Shown: positions 1 through 9,708, numbered from the stretch's first letter. The stretch is 64,000 nt of DNA from Deltaproteobacteria bacterium (GCA_016874845.1 VGSZ01000004.1:1980-65979); one strand, 5' to 3'. Numbers and translations: made by a program. Notes: a model not told the origin generated them from the sequence alone.

Positions 1-896
1 TCGACGCCACGGCGCGTTTGCCCGAACAAGGCGCCTACGACGCCATCACGCTGCGCATCGCGCTGTCGTGCCCGTCGGGCGGCTGCGACCCGTGGGACCG
101 CTTTGCGTCGCTGGGCGTCGTACATACCGACGACGGTGGCGCCGAGCGCACCGTCGAGCTCGCGCGCTTCATCACGCCCTTCGGCGTGGGCGCCGGCTTC
201 GACGTCGACGCCACGTCGCTGCGGCCGCTGCTGCGCGGTGCGGTGACGTTTCGCGCCTTCATCGACACGTGGGTGGGGCCGGGCAGCGGCTACGGCGACG
301 GCTGGCTGCTCACCGTCATCGTCGACCTGCACGGCGGTGTGCCCGCCCGCCGGCCCGTGGTCGTGCAGCCGGTGTGGTCACCCACCGCCGTCGTCTACGG
401 CGACCCGGCGCGGCCGCCGGCGCAGACGACCACGCTGACGCTGCCGACATCGACGACGGCGACGACGTGGGAGCTGCGCGCGCTCGTCACCGGCCACGGG
501 CAGGGAAACGCCGACAACTGCGCCGAGTTCTGCGCCCGCACCCACGCGTTGTCGGTGGGGGGCGCCGCGCGCGAGCGGCAGGTTTGGCGCGACGACTGCG
601 AAACGACGGCGGCGCCGCGGCAGCAGGGCACGTGGCAGTACCCACGCGCCGGCTGGTGCCCCGGCGCCGACGTGCGGCCGTGGGTCGAGGACGTCAGCGA
701 CGCGATCCACACAGCGCAGGCGCGGGGCGACCTCGTCGTCGGCTGGGACGTCGAGGCCTACGACAACACCTGCCGGCCCGATGTGTCGACGTGCGCTGCC
801 TGCACGCTGGGCACGGGCTGCGACTACGACGGCGGCGCGCACACCGAGCCGGTGTTCCAGCTGTCGGCGCTGCTGGTCGGCTTCGACGAACCGTGA
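1..896 (+). CDS. C-terminal part of a secreted, Cys-rich hypothetical protein (possibly PNGase F-like). The gene is truncated at the window start.
   Basis: Frame is open from the window edge (first TTG at 18) and stops at 896. GC3 is high and the composition is coding-like. Conserved Cys pairs (NADNCAEFC, AGWCPGADV). The product assignment is only a weak motif impression. Confidence 0.45.
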   Translation, partial: DATARLPEQGAYDAITLRIALSCPSGGCDPWDRFASLGVVHTDDGGAERTVELARFITPFGVGAGFDVDATSLRPLLRGAVTFRAFIDTWVGPGSGYGDGWLLTVIVDLHGGVPARRPVVVQPVWSPTAVVYGDPARPPAQTTTLTLPTSTTATTWELRALVTGHGQGNADNCAEFCARTHALSVGGAARERQVWRDDCETTAAPRQQGTWQYPRAGWCPGADVRPWVEDVSDAIHTAQARGDLVVGWDVEAYDNTCRPDVSTCAACTLGTGCDYDGGAHTEPVFQLSALLVGFDEP

Positions 897-955
897 GCGG
901 CCCCACGCCGATGCGTCGGGGTCTGACGGCGGTCTGACGGCGCCTCGTCAACCTT

Positions 956-1792
956 TCAGGCGGTCATCTCGACGTCGATGAGCTCGATCTGCGCGGCGCT
1001 GACTTCGCGACCGAGGAACGCGCGCGACAGCCGCGCCATCTGCTCGGGGGAGTCGGTGACGAACAGGCGGTGCGTGGGGTGCGTGTCCGACGGCGCCCGC
1101 AGGCCTTGCTCGTCAAGGACGCGGGTGACGTCGACGGCGGTGGCGGCGGCGCCGTCGACGACACGCGCGCGGGGGTGCGACTCGGCCAGCGCCAAGGCGA
1201 TCACGGGAGCGAGCAGCGGGTAGTGCGTGCAGCCGAGCACGACGGCCTCGACGTCGGCGGGCAGCGCCTGCAGGTAGCGCGCGGCGACGAGGCGCGGCAC
1301 GTCGCCGTCGGTCCAGCCCTCTTCGGCCAGCGGCACGAACAGCGGCGCGGCCACGGCGGTGGCCACGCCCGTGTGGCCGCGCTGCGCGAGGGCACGCGGG
1401 TAGGCGCCCGAGCGCACGGTGCCCGCGGTGCCGAGCACGCCGATGCCGGCGTCGACGCGGCCGACGGCGGCGAGGGCGGCGCGGGCGCCGGGCTCGATGA
1501 CGCCGACGACGGGGATGGGCAGGTCCTGCCGCAGGGCGTCCAGCGCGACGGCGCTGACGGTGTTGCAGGCGACGACGAGCAGCTTGATGTCGGCGCGCTT
1601 CACCAGCGTGCGTGCGTTGTTCAGCGCGTAGCGCACGACGGTGGCCGCCGAGCGCGTGCCGTAGGGGACGCGCGCGGTGTCGCCCAGGTAGACCGTGGGC
1701 TCGTCGGGCAGCGCGGCCTGCAGCGCGCGCAGCACGGTGAGCCCGCCGACGCCGGAGTCGAACACGCCGATCGGTCGCTGGTCATGGGGCAC
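956..1792 (-). CDS. murI: Glutamate racemase
   Basis: PIGVFDSGVGGLTV N-terminal motif, VVACNTVSAVALDAL and VLGCTHYPLL catalytic-Cys motifs. The listed ORF extends to 2023, but a GTG at 1790-1792 sits just upstream of the conserved N-terminus, so the start is taken there. Confidence 0.85.
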   Translation of the reverse strand: MPHDQRPIGVFDSGVGGLTVLRALQAALPDEPTVYLGDTARVPYGTRSAATVVRYALNNARTLVKRADIKLLVVACNTVSAVALDALRQDLPIPVVGVIEPGARAALAAVGRVDAGIGVLGTAGTVRSGAYPRALAQRGHTGVATAVAAPLFVPLAEEGWTDGDVPRLVAARYLQALPADVEAVVLGCTHYPLLAPVIALALAESHPRARVVDGAAATAVDVTRVLDEQGLRAPSDTHPTHRLFVTDSPEQMARLSRAFLGREVSAAQIELIDVEMTA

Positions 1793-2149
1793 GAGGGTCT
1801 CCCAGGGCGCGCGGGCGCGGGATGTCGACGACGAAACCGCCGCCGCCTCGGCTTGCTGCCCCGCGGGTGGGTGATCGACAACACCCGTCACCGCGCGATC
1901 AGGCGCGCTCGCGGACGAGATCGACGCTGAAGTGATCCCGCGTGGACTCAAAGACGACGAAAGGCTCGCCGAAGATGGCAGGCCACCCTGGGGAACACGC
2001 GAGCGCCAGCAAGCCGTTTGCACCGCGCCGGCGGTGGCGTAGCGTCTGTGCTCTGCGCGCCGGCCTGATTGGCGGCGACGCCGCGACCGTCGTCTGCGCC
2101 GTGACCATGCTGGGGAGCGCGTCGCCCCTCGCTGTCGTCACCGTCGCTG

Positions 2150-3302
2150 GTGAGCGAGCCCTTGATGGTTGCCTACGCTGCTCGCCCGCGCGTCGTGCTC
2201 GTTCGGGCGGTGGCGATCGCGCTCGGCGGTGACGCGTGCGGTGCCTCGACAGCGGCCCGCCCTTGCCGCCGCGACGACCAGTGCGAGCCCGGCGAGACCT
2301 GCGCGCGCCGCGCCGACGACGTCGTGGACGCCTGCAAGCCCACGTCAGCGGATCAGGGCGAGGGCGCCCCCCCGCGAGGGCGTAGGCGAGGGCGAGGGCG
2401 ACCTCGGCCCCACCGCTCGCTTCGTCGACGTGGGCGCCCGCTTCGTTTGCGCCATCGACGGCCGCGCGGCGGTGCAGCGCTGGGGCCCAACGGTCGTGGG
2501 CAGCTCGGGCGCGCTCAGGGCGCCAGCGACGCCGAGCCGGCGGCGCTCCGCGGCCTCGATGATGTAACGATGCTCGCTGTCGGCCACGCCCACGTCGTCG
2601 CGCTCGGCGCCGACGGGGACAACCACGGGGGTCTGACCTGCGCCAGCGATGGCACGACGACCTCGTGCCTTGGCGCCGGACTCCCGCCGCGCGCGATCGT
2701 CGGCCTCTCCGGGGTGCGGCGCCTCGTCGTCTCGATGTCGACGGCGTGCGGCGAGCGCGACGGCGGCGCCGTCGTCTGGGTGGACCCGCGCGGGGGCTCC
2801 TCGCTGCCCGCCGTGCTCGGCGGCGTCCCCGCGACGCCCTGTGCGCTGCTCACCGGCGGCGCCGCCTTCGCCGTCAACGGCGAGGGCGACAACGCGTGCC
2901 TCGTCGACGCCGACCGCGCCGTCCTCCGCGCCGGTGACAACATCTACGGCGTGGCGGCGCCCGACGCGCCCGAAGACGAGGAGCGCGCCCTCGCCGTGGT
3001 GGTCGAGCGCGCGGCCACCGCGGTCTCCCTGGGGAACACCGCACGCGTGCGCCGTCGTTGCTGGCGGCGTGTCGTGCTGGGGACGGCCGTTGTTCGGCGC
3101 CACTGGCGTCGCCGAGGAGACCGTGCGCTGTCAGCCGGTCACGCCGGTGACGCTGTCTTTCGCCGCCGCCGCCGCCATCGTGCAGCTGGCCACCCACCGA
3201 ACGAATGCGTGCGTCCGCGCTCAGTCTGCAGCGCGCGCCTGCTTTGGCGAGTTCGTGAACGACGACGACCCGCGGGCGCGCCCGTTCGTCCTCGCCCGCT
3301 GA
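2150..3302 (+). pseudogene. RCC1-repeat secreted protein with a Cys-rich N-terminus, apparently disrupted by three frameshifts (candidate pseudogene or sequencing indels).
   Basis: RCC1-like motifs (FVCAIDGRAAVQRWG then PNGRGQLG; TCASDGTTTSCLG; HACAVVAGGVSCWGRPLFGATG) appear in turn in three different frames. The GC3-rich frame switches at a c7 run (about 2367-2373), at ggggccc (about 2480-2486) and at accgcac (about 3038-3044). The signal-peptide-like N-terminus MVAYAARPRVVLVRAVAIALGG is in the 2150 frame and the last segment ends at stop 3302. Confidence 0.5.
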
Positions 3303-3328
3303 GCCCGGCGCGACCGCTCCCGGACGCG

Positions 3329-4417
3329 TCAGCCGGCGAGCACCTTGCGCCACCACGGCTCGGGTGAGCGCTCGCCGTCGACGTCGAGGGGCTCGCCGAG
3401 CAGCGGCGTCCACAGCGCCTGCCGCGCGCCGCCCGCGCCAGCGTCGCCGACGACGCGGCGGAACAAGAGCTCGCCGGGCTCCTCCCACGGGTGCAGGCCG
3501 AGGTCGAAGGTGCTCCAGTGCACCGGCAGCAGGCGCCGGGCGCCCAGCGCGCAGAAGGCGTCCCACGCGGCGTGAGGGCCGAGGTGGATGTCGCCCCACG
3601 ACGGGTGGAAGGCGCCGATCTCGAACATCGCCACGTCGAATGGGCCGAGCGACGCGCCGATGTCCTTGTGCTCGGGCGTGGGCCCGGTGTCGCCCGAGAA
3701 GAACACCCGGTGCTTGCTGCCGATCATCGCCATGCCCGCCCACAGCGTGGCGTTGCGGTCCAACGCGCCCCGCCCCGAGAAGTGCTGCGACGGCGTCGCC
3801 ACGATGTCGACGGCGGCGCCGGTCGCGCCGTGCACGCGCGCGCCGTCGCCCCAGTCGAGCTCGTCGATGAGCGTGTGATCGACGCCCAGGGTCTCCAGGT
3901 GCGCGCCGACGCCGAGCGCGGTGACGAAGCGCCCCTGGAAGCCGGGCAGCGCGCCGTCGACGAGCGCCCGCACCGTCGACGCGCACAGGTGGTCGTAGTG
4001 GTCGTGGGACAGCACGACAGCGTCGATGCGGCCGAGGCGCGACAGCGACAGCGGCGGGCGGTGGAAGCGCCTCGGACCGGCGAAGGGCAGGGGGCTGGCG
4101 CGCTCGCCGAAGACCGGATCGGTGAGCAGGCGCACGCCGTCTACCTCGACCAGCACCGTCGAGTGGCCGAGCCACGTGAGCCGCAGGCCCGACGACGAAG
4201 AGGACGACAGCGCGGCCTCGGTGGACGCGTACAGCGGCAGCGGCTTCTTCGGCGTGCGGCGGCCGCTGCCGGCCACGAAGTCGACCATCAGGCCTACGCC
4301 CGGCCCACCCTTCATCATCTGCACGGGGTGCGTGTTCCAAAAGCGGCCGTCGCGAAACCGGCGCGACGCGGCCAGCTTGCGTTCACGACGATCGAGGACG
4401 GTGGACACGGCGGTCAT
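3329..4417 (-). CDS. MBL-fold metallo-hydrolase of the NAPE-PLD-like family
   Basis: HDHYDH metal-binding motif. The GRFWNTHP N-terminal and LSHDHYDHL core are typical of N-acyl-phosphatidylethanolamine-hydrolysing PLD-type beta-lactamase-fold enzymes. Confidence 0.8.
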   Translation of the reverse strand: MTAVSTVLDRRERKLAASRRFRDGRFWNTHPVQMMKGGPGVGLMVDFVAGSGRRTPKKPLPLYASTEAALSSSSSSGLRLTWLGHSTVLVEVDGVRLLTDPVFGERASPLPFAGPRRFHRPPLSLSRLGRIDAVVLSHDHYDHLCASTVRALVDGALPGFQGRFVTALGVGAHLETLGVDHTLIDELDWGDGARVHGATGAAVDIVATPSQHFSGRGALDRNATLWAGMAMIGSKHRVFFSGDTGPTPEHKDIGASLGPFDVAMFEIGAFHPSWGDIHLGPHAAWDAFCALGARRLLPVHWSTFDLGLHPWEEPGELLFRRVVGDAGAGGARQALWTPLLGEPLDVDGERSPEPWWRKVLAG

Positions 4418-4492
4418 GGCGGCATCGTGGCTTTCGCCACCTCTCGGCGCAAACCGCTGCCCGACCAGCTCGCTCGCGCGTCAGGGACGGTG

Positions 4493-4870
4493 TCAGCCGA
4501 CGACGCGGCCGACGGCGGTGTCCAGCGCTCGCTGCACGCGGGTGAGCAGGCGCCGAGGCGCGGTGGCGCCGCGCGAGGCGCCCTGCCCGACCAATGCCCG
4601 CGCCGCGTGGGTCGTCTCGAGCACGCGGCTGTGGGCGGCCTTGGCGCGCGGGAGCAAGGCGTCGACCTCAAGGCGGTTGTCCGGCGCGCGGCGCTCGCCG
4701 TCGGCGTCGTCGCTGGCCAGCGCGCCGCCGCCGACGCCAACGGCGCCCAGCGATCCCTGATGGGCCAGCCGGCCCATGGCCTCGGCGCCCATGATCGGCT
4801 CGACCTCGAAGCTGAGCCAGACCTGCTGGGCGAGGTGCAGGATCGCCTGCCCGATGTCGCTGGCGATCAC
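4493..4870 (-). CDS. Hypothetical protein. The coding frame stays open and GC3-rich upstream to 5053 without a canonical start.
   Basis: Listed ORF with GTG start at 4870. Hand translation shows the same frame continuing upstream as coding-like (RVATEYPNLTTLLNGTSQRTSPETLQSLAESARNIASQG...) until a TGA at 5054-5056 at the edge of a perfect GC hairpin. Confidence 0.45.
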   Translation of the reverse strand: MIASDIGQAILHLAQQVWLSFEVEPIMGAEAMGRLAHQGSLGAVGVGGGALASDDADGERRAPDNRLEVDALLPRAKAAHSRVLETTHAARALVGQGASRGATAPRRLLTRVQRALDTAVGRVVG

Positions 4871-5062
4871 CGCGTCCCCGACGCGGGTGGCGGCGTCAGC
4901 GACGACGGCGGCCCCGGTGGCGTCGGCGTGGGCGCCCTGGCTGGCGATGTTGCGCGCCGACTCGGCGAGGCTCTGCAGCGTCTCGGGCGAGGTGCGCTGC
5001 GACGTGCCGTTCAGCAGCGTGGTCAGGTTCGGGTACTCGGTCGCGACGCGCGGTCAGCGAGG

Positions 5063-5097
5063 GCGACGAAGCCCCCGCGTTCGCGGGGCTTCGTCGC
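5063..5097. repeat. Perfect GC-rich palindrome/hairpin (about 15-bp stem) in the icmF upstream region
   Basis: gcgacgaagcccccgcg tt cgcggggcttcgtcgc. A TGA abuts it in the minus-strand coding frame. Confidence 0.7.
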
Positions 5098-5253
5098 GGT
5101 CCGAGGCGCTCGCCGCGCTGTCGGTGCCCGTCAGGGCGGACTGCAGGAGCCGAAGTCGAGGAACGACGAAACCGTACACGTGCCCGCGCCGAACGCCGCG
5201 TCGCAGGCGACTCAGTCTGTTGCCGCGGTGCAGACCTCGAAGCCCGTGTTGGT

Positions 5254-5263
5254 TATGATCATA
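5254..5263. promoter_or_regulatory. AT-rich perfect palindrome TATGATCATA inside a local low-GC patch. Candidate -10 element or operator upstream of icmF.
   Basis: ttggttatgatcatacagttgg is conspicuously AT-rich in a >70% GC genome. TATGAT reads on both strands. Confidence 0.35.
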
Positions 5264-5607
5264 CAGTTGGTGGCGCGGGGCACTCGTCGCCGCAGGACCG
5301 ACCGACCAAGAAGCCGGCAGGCTCGCCCTCGGCCTCGCCTTCGCCTTCGCCCCCGTCTTCACCGCTGGGCGGACACGCGACGAGCGCCGCCGTGGCGACG
5401 GCGACCGGGACGCGCAGCGCGAAACGAGCGGGGACGAGCATCGACGACTCCGCAGCAGAAACGTTGCGGCGAACTCCAGCAGGCGTAACCCTTCGCACCA
5501 CCGCGAACGGTCCGCGCTGCGCCGCGTTGTCGCCGCGGCGGCGACAAGCGACGGCATCGCTGACGTCGACAGCAGCGCCTGCTAGATCGCAGCCCCGAGG
5601 TGCCCGC

Positions 5608-8600
5608 ATGACCGCCGCCGTCCACGATCCCGCCGTCGACTCGTTCGCGCTGCGCCACAAGGTCCGCTTCGTCACCGCGGCGTCGCTGTTCGACGGGCAC
5701 GACGCCGCGATCCAGATCATGCGCCGCGTGCTGCAGCAGGAGGGCGCCGAGGTCATCCACCTCGGCCACGACCGCGCGGTGCAGGACGTCGTCGACGCCG
5801 CCATCGCCGAGGACGCGCAGGGCATCGCCGTGTCGTCGTACCAGGGCGGCCATGTCGAGTACTTCACGTACATGCTCGAGCTGCTGCGCGAAAAAGGCGC
5901 CGGCCACATTCGCGTCTACGGCGGCGGCGGCGGCGTCATCGTCCCCGACGAGATCGCGCTGCTGCACGCCCGCGGCGTCAGCCGCATCTTCTCGCCCGAG
6001 GACGGCCGGAAGATGGGCCTCGTCGGCATGATCCGCCACATGCTCGCCGAGTGCGACCACGTCCCCGGCGCCGCCGTGACGTCGCTGCCCGAGCACGCGC
6101 TGCCCGCGCCCGCCCTCGCGCGCGCCATCACGACGCTCGAGCTCGGCGGCCACGACGACGCCAGCGACGACGCGCTGCGGGCGACGCTGACCCTGCGTAC
6201 GGCGGTGAAGGCGCGGCTGGCGACGACGAAGCGGCCGCCCGTCCTCGGCTTCACCGGCACCGGCGGCGCCGGCAAGAGCTCGCTCATCGACGAGGTGCTG
6301 CTGCGCTTCCTCGAGCGCTACGCCGACAAGCGCGTCGCCGTGCTCTCCGTCGACCCGACCCGCAAGCGCACCGGCGGCGCGCTGCTCGGCGACCGCATCC
6401 GCCTGAACGCCGCCGTCCGCGCCGGCGACCGCGTCTACGTGCGCTCCCTCGCCACCCGCCGCGCCAACCTCGCCACCAGCCCCGCCGTCGGCGACGCGCT
6501 GTCGCTCTTGTGCACGCAGGGCTTCGATCTGGTCGTGCTCGAGACGGCCGGCATCGGCCAGTCCGACAGCGAGCTGCACGAGCTGCAGCAGCAGGGCCTC
6601 GTCGACCAGGCCGTCTACGTGATGACGCCCGAGTACGGCGCGCCGAGCCAGCTCGAGAAAATCGACATGCTCGACTACGCCGACCTCGTCGTCGTCAACA
6701 AGGCCGACAAGCGCGGCGCTCTGGACGCCGTGCGCGACGTCAAGAAGCAGGTGCAGCGCAACAAGCGCGCCTTCGACCGCGCCGTAGACGATATGCCCGT
6801 CTACGGCACCGCCGCCCACCGCTTCCACGACAAGGGCACCAACCGCTTCTTCAACGCCGCGATGACCGCGCTCGGCTTCGAGAGCCCCGGGCTCGTGCAG
6901 GGCGAGCCCGCCACCGACGCCATCATCACGCCGGCCCGCGCCCGCTACCTGGGCGACATCGCCGACACCCTGCGCCGTCGTCGTCGGCTCGTCGCCGACG
7001 AGGCCGAGCGCGCCTCCCGCGTCGACGGCCTGCGCCGCGCGCTCAAAGAGCTCGGCGGCCCCGTGCCCGCCGTCGCCCACCCCTTCGGCGTCAAGGCCTG
7101 CACCGAGCCCACCGTCGACCTCGCCGTGCGCACGTTGCGCCAGCGCCACGACGCGCTGCTCGACGAGCTGACCGCCGAGAGCAAGGAGGCCCTGAAGGGC
7201 TGGGACGCGCTAAAGGACGGCTACGAGAAACCGCAGCACTCGTATACGGTGCGAAACAAAGAGATTCGCGTTGATAATTACACGACGTCGCTGTCGCACC
7301 AGTCGATCCCCAAGGTCGCGCTGCCCGACACCGCCGACTGGGGTGACCGCCTGAAGTTCGCGCTGGCCGAGGGGGCACCGGGGGTGTTTCCGTTCACCGC
7401 CGGGGTCTTCCCGTACAAGAGGACGGGCGAGGACCCGACGCGTATGTTCGCCGGCGAGGGCACGCCCGAGCGTACGAACCGCCGCTTCCACTACGTGTCG
7501 CGCGGGCAGCCGGCGGTGCGGCTGTCGACGGCGTTCGACTCGGTGACGTTGTACGGCCGCGATCCGGCGCTGCGCCCGGACATCCACGGCAAGATCGGGA
7601 ACGCCGGCGTCAGCGTCTGCTGCCTCGACGACGCCAAGCGGCTGTACTCGGGCTTCGACCTGTGCGCGCCGTCGACGTCGGTGTCGATGACCATCAACGG
7701 CCCGGCGCCCACGGTGTTGGCGTTCTACCTGAACGCCGCCATCGACGCGGCTGTCGAGCGGCGCCTGAAAAAAGAGGGCCGCTGGGCCGACGTCGACGCC
7801 CGCATCGAGCGGTGGTTCGCCGACCGTGTCCTGACCCGCCCGCGCTACCGCGGCGAGCTGCCGCCCAATCACGACGGGCAAGGGCTCGGCTTCCTCGGGC
7901 TGTCCGCCGACCGCGTCGTCGAAAAGGCGCTGTACGACGAGGTCAAGGCCGAGGTGCTGACGAAGGTGCGCGGCACCGTGCAGGCCGACATCCTGAAGGA
8001 GGACCAGGCGCAGAACACCTGCATCTTCTCCACCGAGTTCTCGCTGCGGGTGATGGGTAACATCCAGCAGTACTTCGTCGACCACGAAGTCAATAATTTC
8101 TATAGCGTCAGCATCAGCGGCTATCACATCGCCGAGGCGGGGGCGAATCCGATCACGCAGCTGGCGTTCACGCTGGCCAACGGCTTCACGCTGGTCGAGT
8201 ACTACCGCGCCTGCGGGATGAACGTCGACGACTACGCCCCGAACCTGAGCTTCTTCTTCAGCAACGGGCTCGACCCCGAGTACGCCGTGATCGGGCGCGT
8301 CGCCCGCCGCATCTGGGCGGTGGCGATGCGCGACTTGTACGGTGCGAGCGACCGTAGCCAGAAGCTCAAGTATCACATCCAGACGTCGGGTCGGTCGCTG
8401 CACGCGCAGGAAATGGCGTTCAACGACATCCGCACGACGCTGCAGGCGTTCTACGCCATCGCCGACAACTGCAACTCGCTGCACACCAACGCCTACGACG
8501 AGGCGGTGACGACGCCGACGGAGGAGAGCGTGCGGCGGGCCATCGCCATCCAGCTCGTGATCAACCGCGAGCTCGGCATGATGAAGAACGAGAACCCGCT

Positions 8601-9069
8601 GCAGGGCTCGGCGTTCCTCACGCGGCTGACCGACCTCGTCGAGGAGGCGGTGCTGAAGGAGTTCGAGGCGCTGGACGCGCGCGGCGGCGTGCTCGGCGCG
8701 ATGGAGACGATGTACCAGCGCGGCAAGATCCAGGAGGAGTCGCTGCACTACGAGCACAAGAAGCACTCGGGCGAGCTGCCCATCGTCGGCGTCAACACGT
8801 TCCTGCCCGACAGCGAGGAGTCGCTCGTGAAGGACACGGCGCTCATCCGCTCGACCGAAGGCGAGAAGCAGTCGCAGATCGACAACGTGGCGGCCCTCGC
8901 GGCACGCTTCGAGGACGAGCGCATAGTCGCCCTGCAGCAGCTGAAGGACATCGCCCGCGACGGCGGCAACGTGTTCGCCGCGCTGATGGAGGCGGCCAAG
9001 GTCTGCTCGCTGGGCAGCATCACCGAGGCGCTCTTCGAGGTCGGCGGCGCCTACCGTCGCTCGATGTGA
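5608..9069 (+). CDS. icmF: Fused isobutyryl-CoA mutase IcmF (B12-binding domain + MeaB-like G-protein + mutase catalytic domain)
   Basis: B12-binding RFVTAASLFDGHDAAIQIM. MeaB-type P-loop GFTGTGGAGKSSLIDE followed by VVNKADK. C-terminal methylmalonyl/isobutyryl-CoA mutase catalytic domain. 1225-aa ORF from 5392; an ATG near 5608 (MTAAVHDPAVDSFALRHKVRF) matches the canonical IcmF N-terminus. Confidence 0.9.
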   Translation: MTAAVHDPAVDSFALRHKVRFVTAASLFDGHDAAIQIMRRVLQQEGAEVIHLGHDRAVQDVVDAAIAEDAQGIAVSSYQGGHVEYFTYMLELLREKGAGHIRVYGGGGGVIVPDEIALLHARGVSRIFSPEDGRKMGLVGMIRHMLAECDHVPGAAVTSLPEHALPAPALARAITTLELGGHDDASDDALRATLTLRTAVKARLATTKRPPVLGFTGTGGAGKSSLIDEVLLRFLERYADKRVAVLSVDPTRKRTGGALLGDRIRLNAAVRAGDRVYVRSLATRRANLATSPAVGDALSLLCTQGFDLVVLETAGIGQSDSELHELQQQGLVDQAVYVMTPEYGAPSQLEKIDMLDYADLVVVNKADKRGALDAVRDVKKQVQRNKRAFDRAVDDMPVYGTAAHRFHDKGTNRFFNAAMTALGFESPGLVQGEPATDAIITPARARYLGDIADTLRRRRRLVADEAERASRVDGLRRALKELGGPVPAVAHPFGVKACTEPTVDLAVRTLRQRHDALLDELTAESKEALKGWDALKDGYEKPQHSYTVRNKEIRVDNYTTSLSHQSIPKVALPDTADWGDRLKFALAEGAPGVFPFTAGVFPYKRTGEDPTRMFAGEGTPERTNRRFHYVSRGQPAVRLSTAFDSVTLYGRDPALRPDIHGKIGNAGVSVCCLDDAKRLYSGFDLCAPSTSVSMTINGPAPTVLAFYLNAAIDAAVERRLKKEGRWADVDARIERWFADRVLTRPRYRGELPPNHDGQGLGFLGLSADRVVEKALYDEVKAEVLTKVRGTVQADILKEDQAQNTCIFSTEFSLRVMGNIQQYFVDHEVNNFYSVSISGYHIAEAGANPITQLAFTLANGFTLVEYYRACGMNVDDYAPNLSFFFSNGLDPEYAVIGRVARRIWAVAMRDLYGASDRSQKLKYHIQTSGRSLHAQEMAFNDIRTTLQAFYAIADNCNSLHTNAYDEAVTTPTEESVRRAIAIQLVINRELGMMKNENPLQGSAFLTRLTDLVEEAVLKEFEALDARGGVLGAMETMYQRGKIQEESLHYEHKKHSGELPIVGVNTFLPDSEESLVKDTALIRSTEGEKQSQIDNVAALAARFEDERIVALQQLKDIARDGGNVFAALMEAAKVCSLGSITEALFEVGGAYRRSM

Positions 9070-9118
9070 CGCAGCAGACGACGCAGCAGACGACGCAGCA
9101 GACGACGCAGCAGACGAC
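9068..9118. repeat. 12-bp tandem repeat x4 (gacgcagcagac) directly after the icmF stop
   Basis: Direct read: acgcagcagacg repeated four times, beginning at the TGA of icmF. Confidence 0.85.
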
Positions 9119-9153
9119 TCGGCGACCACGACGCTTCCGTCGGCGGGGCCACC

Positions 9154-9681
9154 GTGTCACAGGAGCCGGCGGAGGACGTGATGAAGGAAAAGCACATCCG
9201 GATTCGCATCGAGCAGTGTCTGGCGCTGGCCAACGCGAGCAATTGTCCGCGCCGCAAGTTCGGCGCGCTGCTGCTCGACCCCGAGCGCAACGTCGTGCTG
9301 ATGGACGGCTACAACGGCGGGCCGCGCGGCGGCGGCGAGCTGTGCGGCGGGAGCACCTGCCTGCGCGACGACCTGAAGGTGCCGTCGGGCACGCGGATGG
9401 AGATCGGGTGCCACCACGCCGAGATGAACGTGATCTGCAACTGCGCCGCCTCGGGGGTCGCCACCAAGGGCGCGTGGCTCGTCGTCACCGGCGAGCCCTG
9501 CCTGATGTGCGCGAAGCTCTTGCACCACGCCGGGCTGACCCGCGTGATCGTCGTCGGCGGCGGCTACGCCGGCGAGAACGGCCTCGACTACCTGCGCAAC
9601 CACGGCGTCGCCGTGCAGACCGTCGCTGGCCCGCAGGACCCGCGCCTCGCCGACATGGCCGTGTTGTCGCCGACGGCGTGA
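9154..9681 (+). CDS. CMP/dCMP deaminase (zinc-dependent cytidine/deoxycytidylate deaminase family)
   Basis: CHAEMNVI zinc/catalytic motif and PCLMC second zinc motif, about 170 aa. Confidence 0.8.
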   Translation: MSQEPAEDVMKEKHIRIRIEQCLALANASNCPRRKFGALLLDPERNVVLMDGYNGGPRGGGELCGGSTCLRDDLKVPSGTRMEIGCHHAEMNVICNCAASGVATKGAWLVVTGEPCLMCAKLLHHAGLTRVIVVGGGYAGENGLDYLRNHGVAVQTVAGPQDPRLADMAVLSPTA

Positions 9682-9708
9682 CCCCCTTCGCGCGTCGGCG
9701 CGCCGCGG

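Noticed and set aside
2169-2567. Separate 132-aa and 217-aa ORFs (2169..2567, 2649..3302) overlapping the 2150..3367 ORF
   Set aside because: Not independent genes. Each carries one in-frame segment of the same RCC1-repeat protein, so they are interpreted together as one frameshifted gene.
5359-7149. 596-aa ORF antisense to icmF (and similar long antisense ORFs at 7210..9129, 9485..11629, 10924..14892, 16683..18161, 20757..23489, 24048..26447, 27690..29189, 31884..34556, 37825..40242, 40079..42730, 45181..47556, 50764..52419, 52585..54612, 55628..57850, 58020..61487, 62139..63782)
   Set aside because: Arg/Ala/Gly/Pro-rich low-complexity translations with poor GC3, each lying opposite a gene with clear conserved motifs. 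These are typical open antisense frames of a >70% GC genome.
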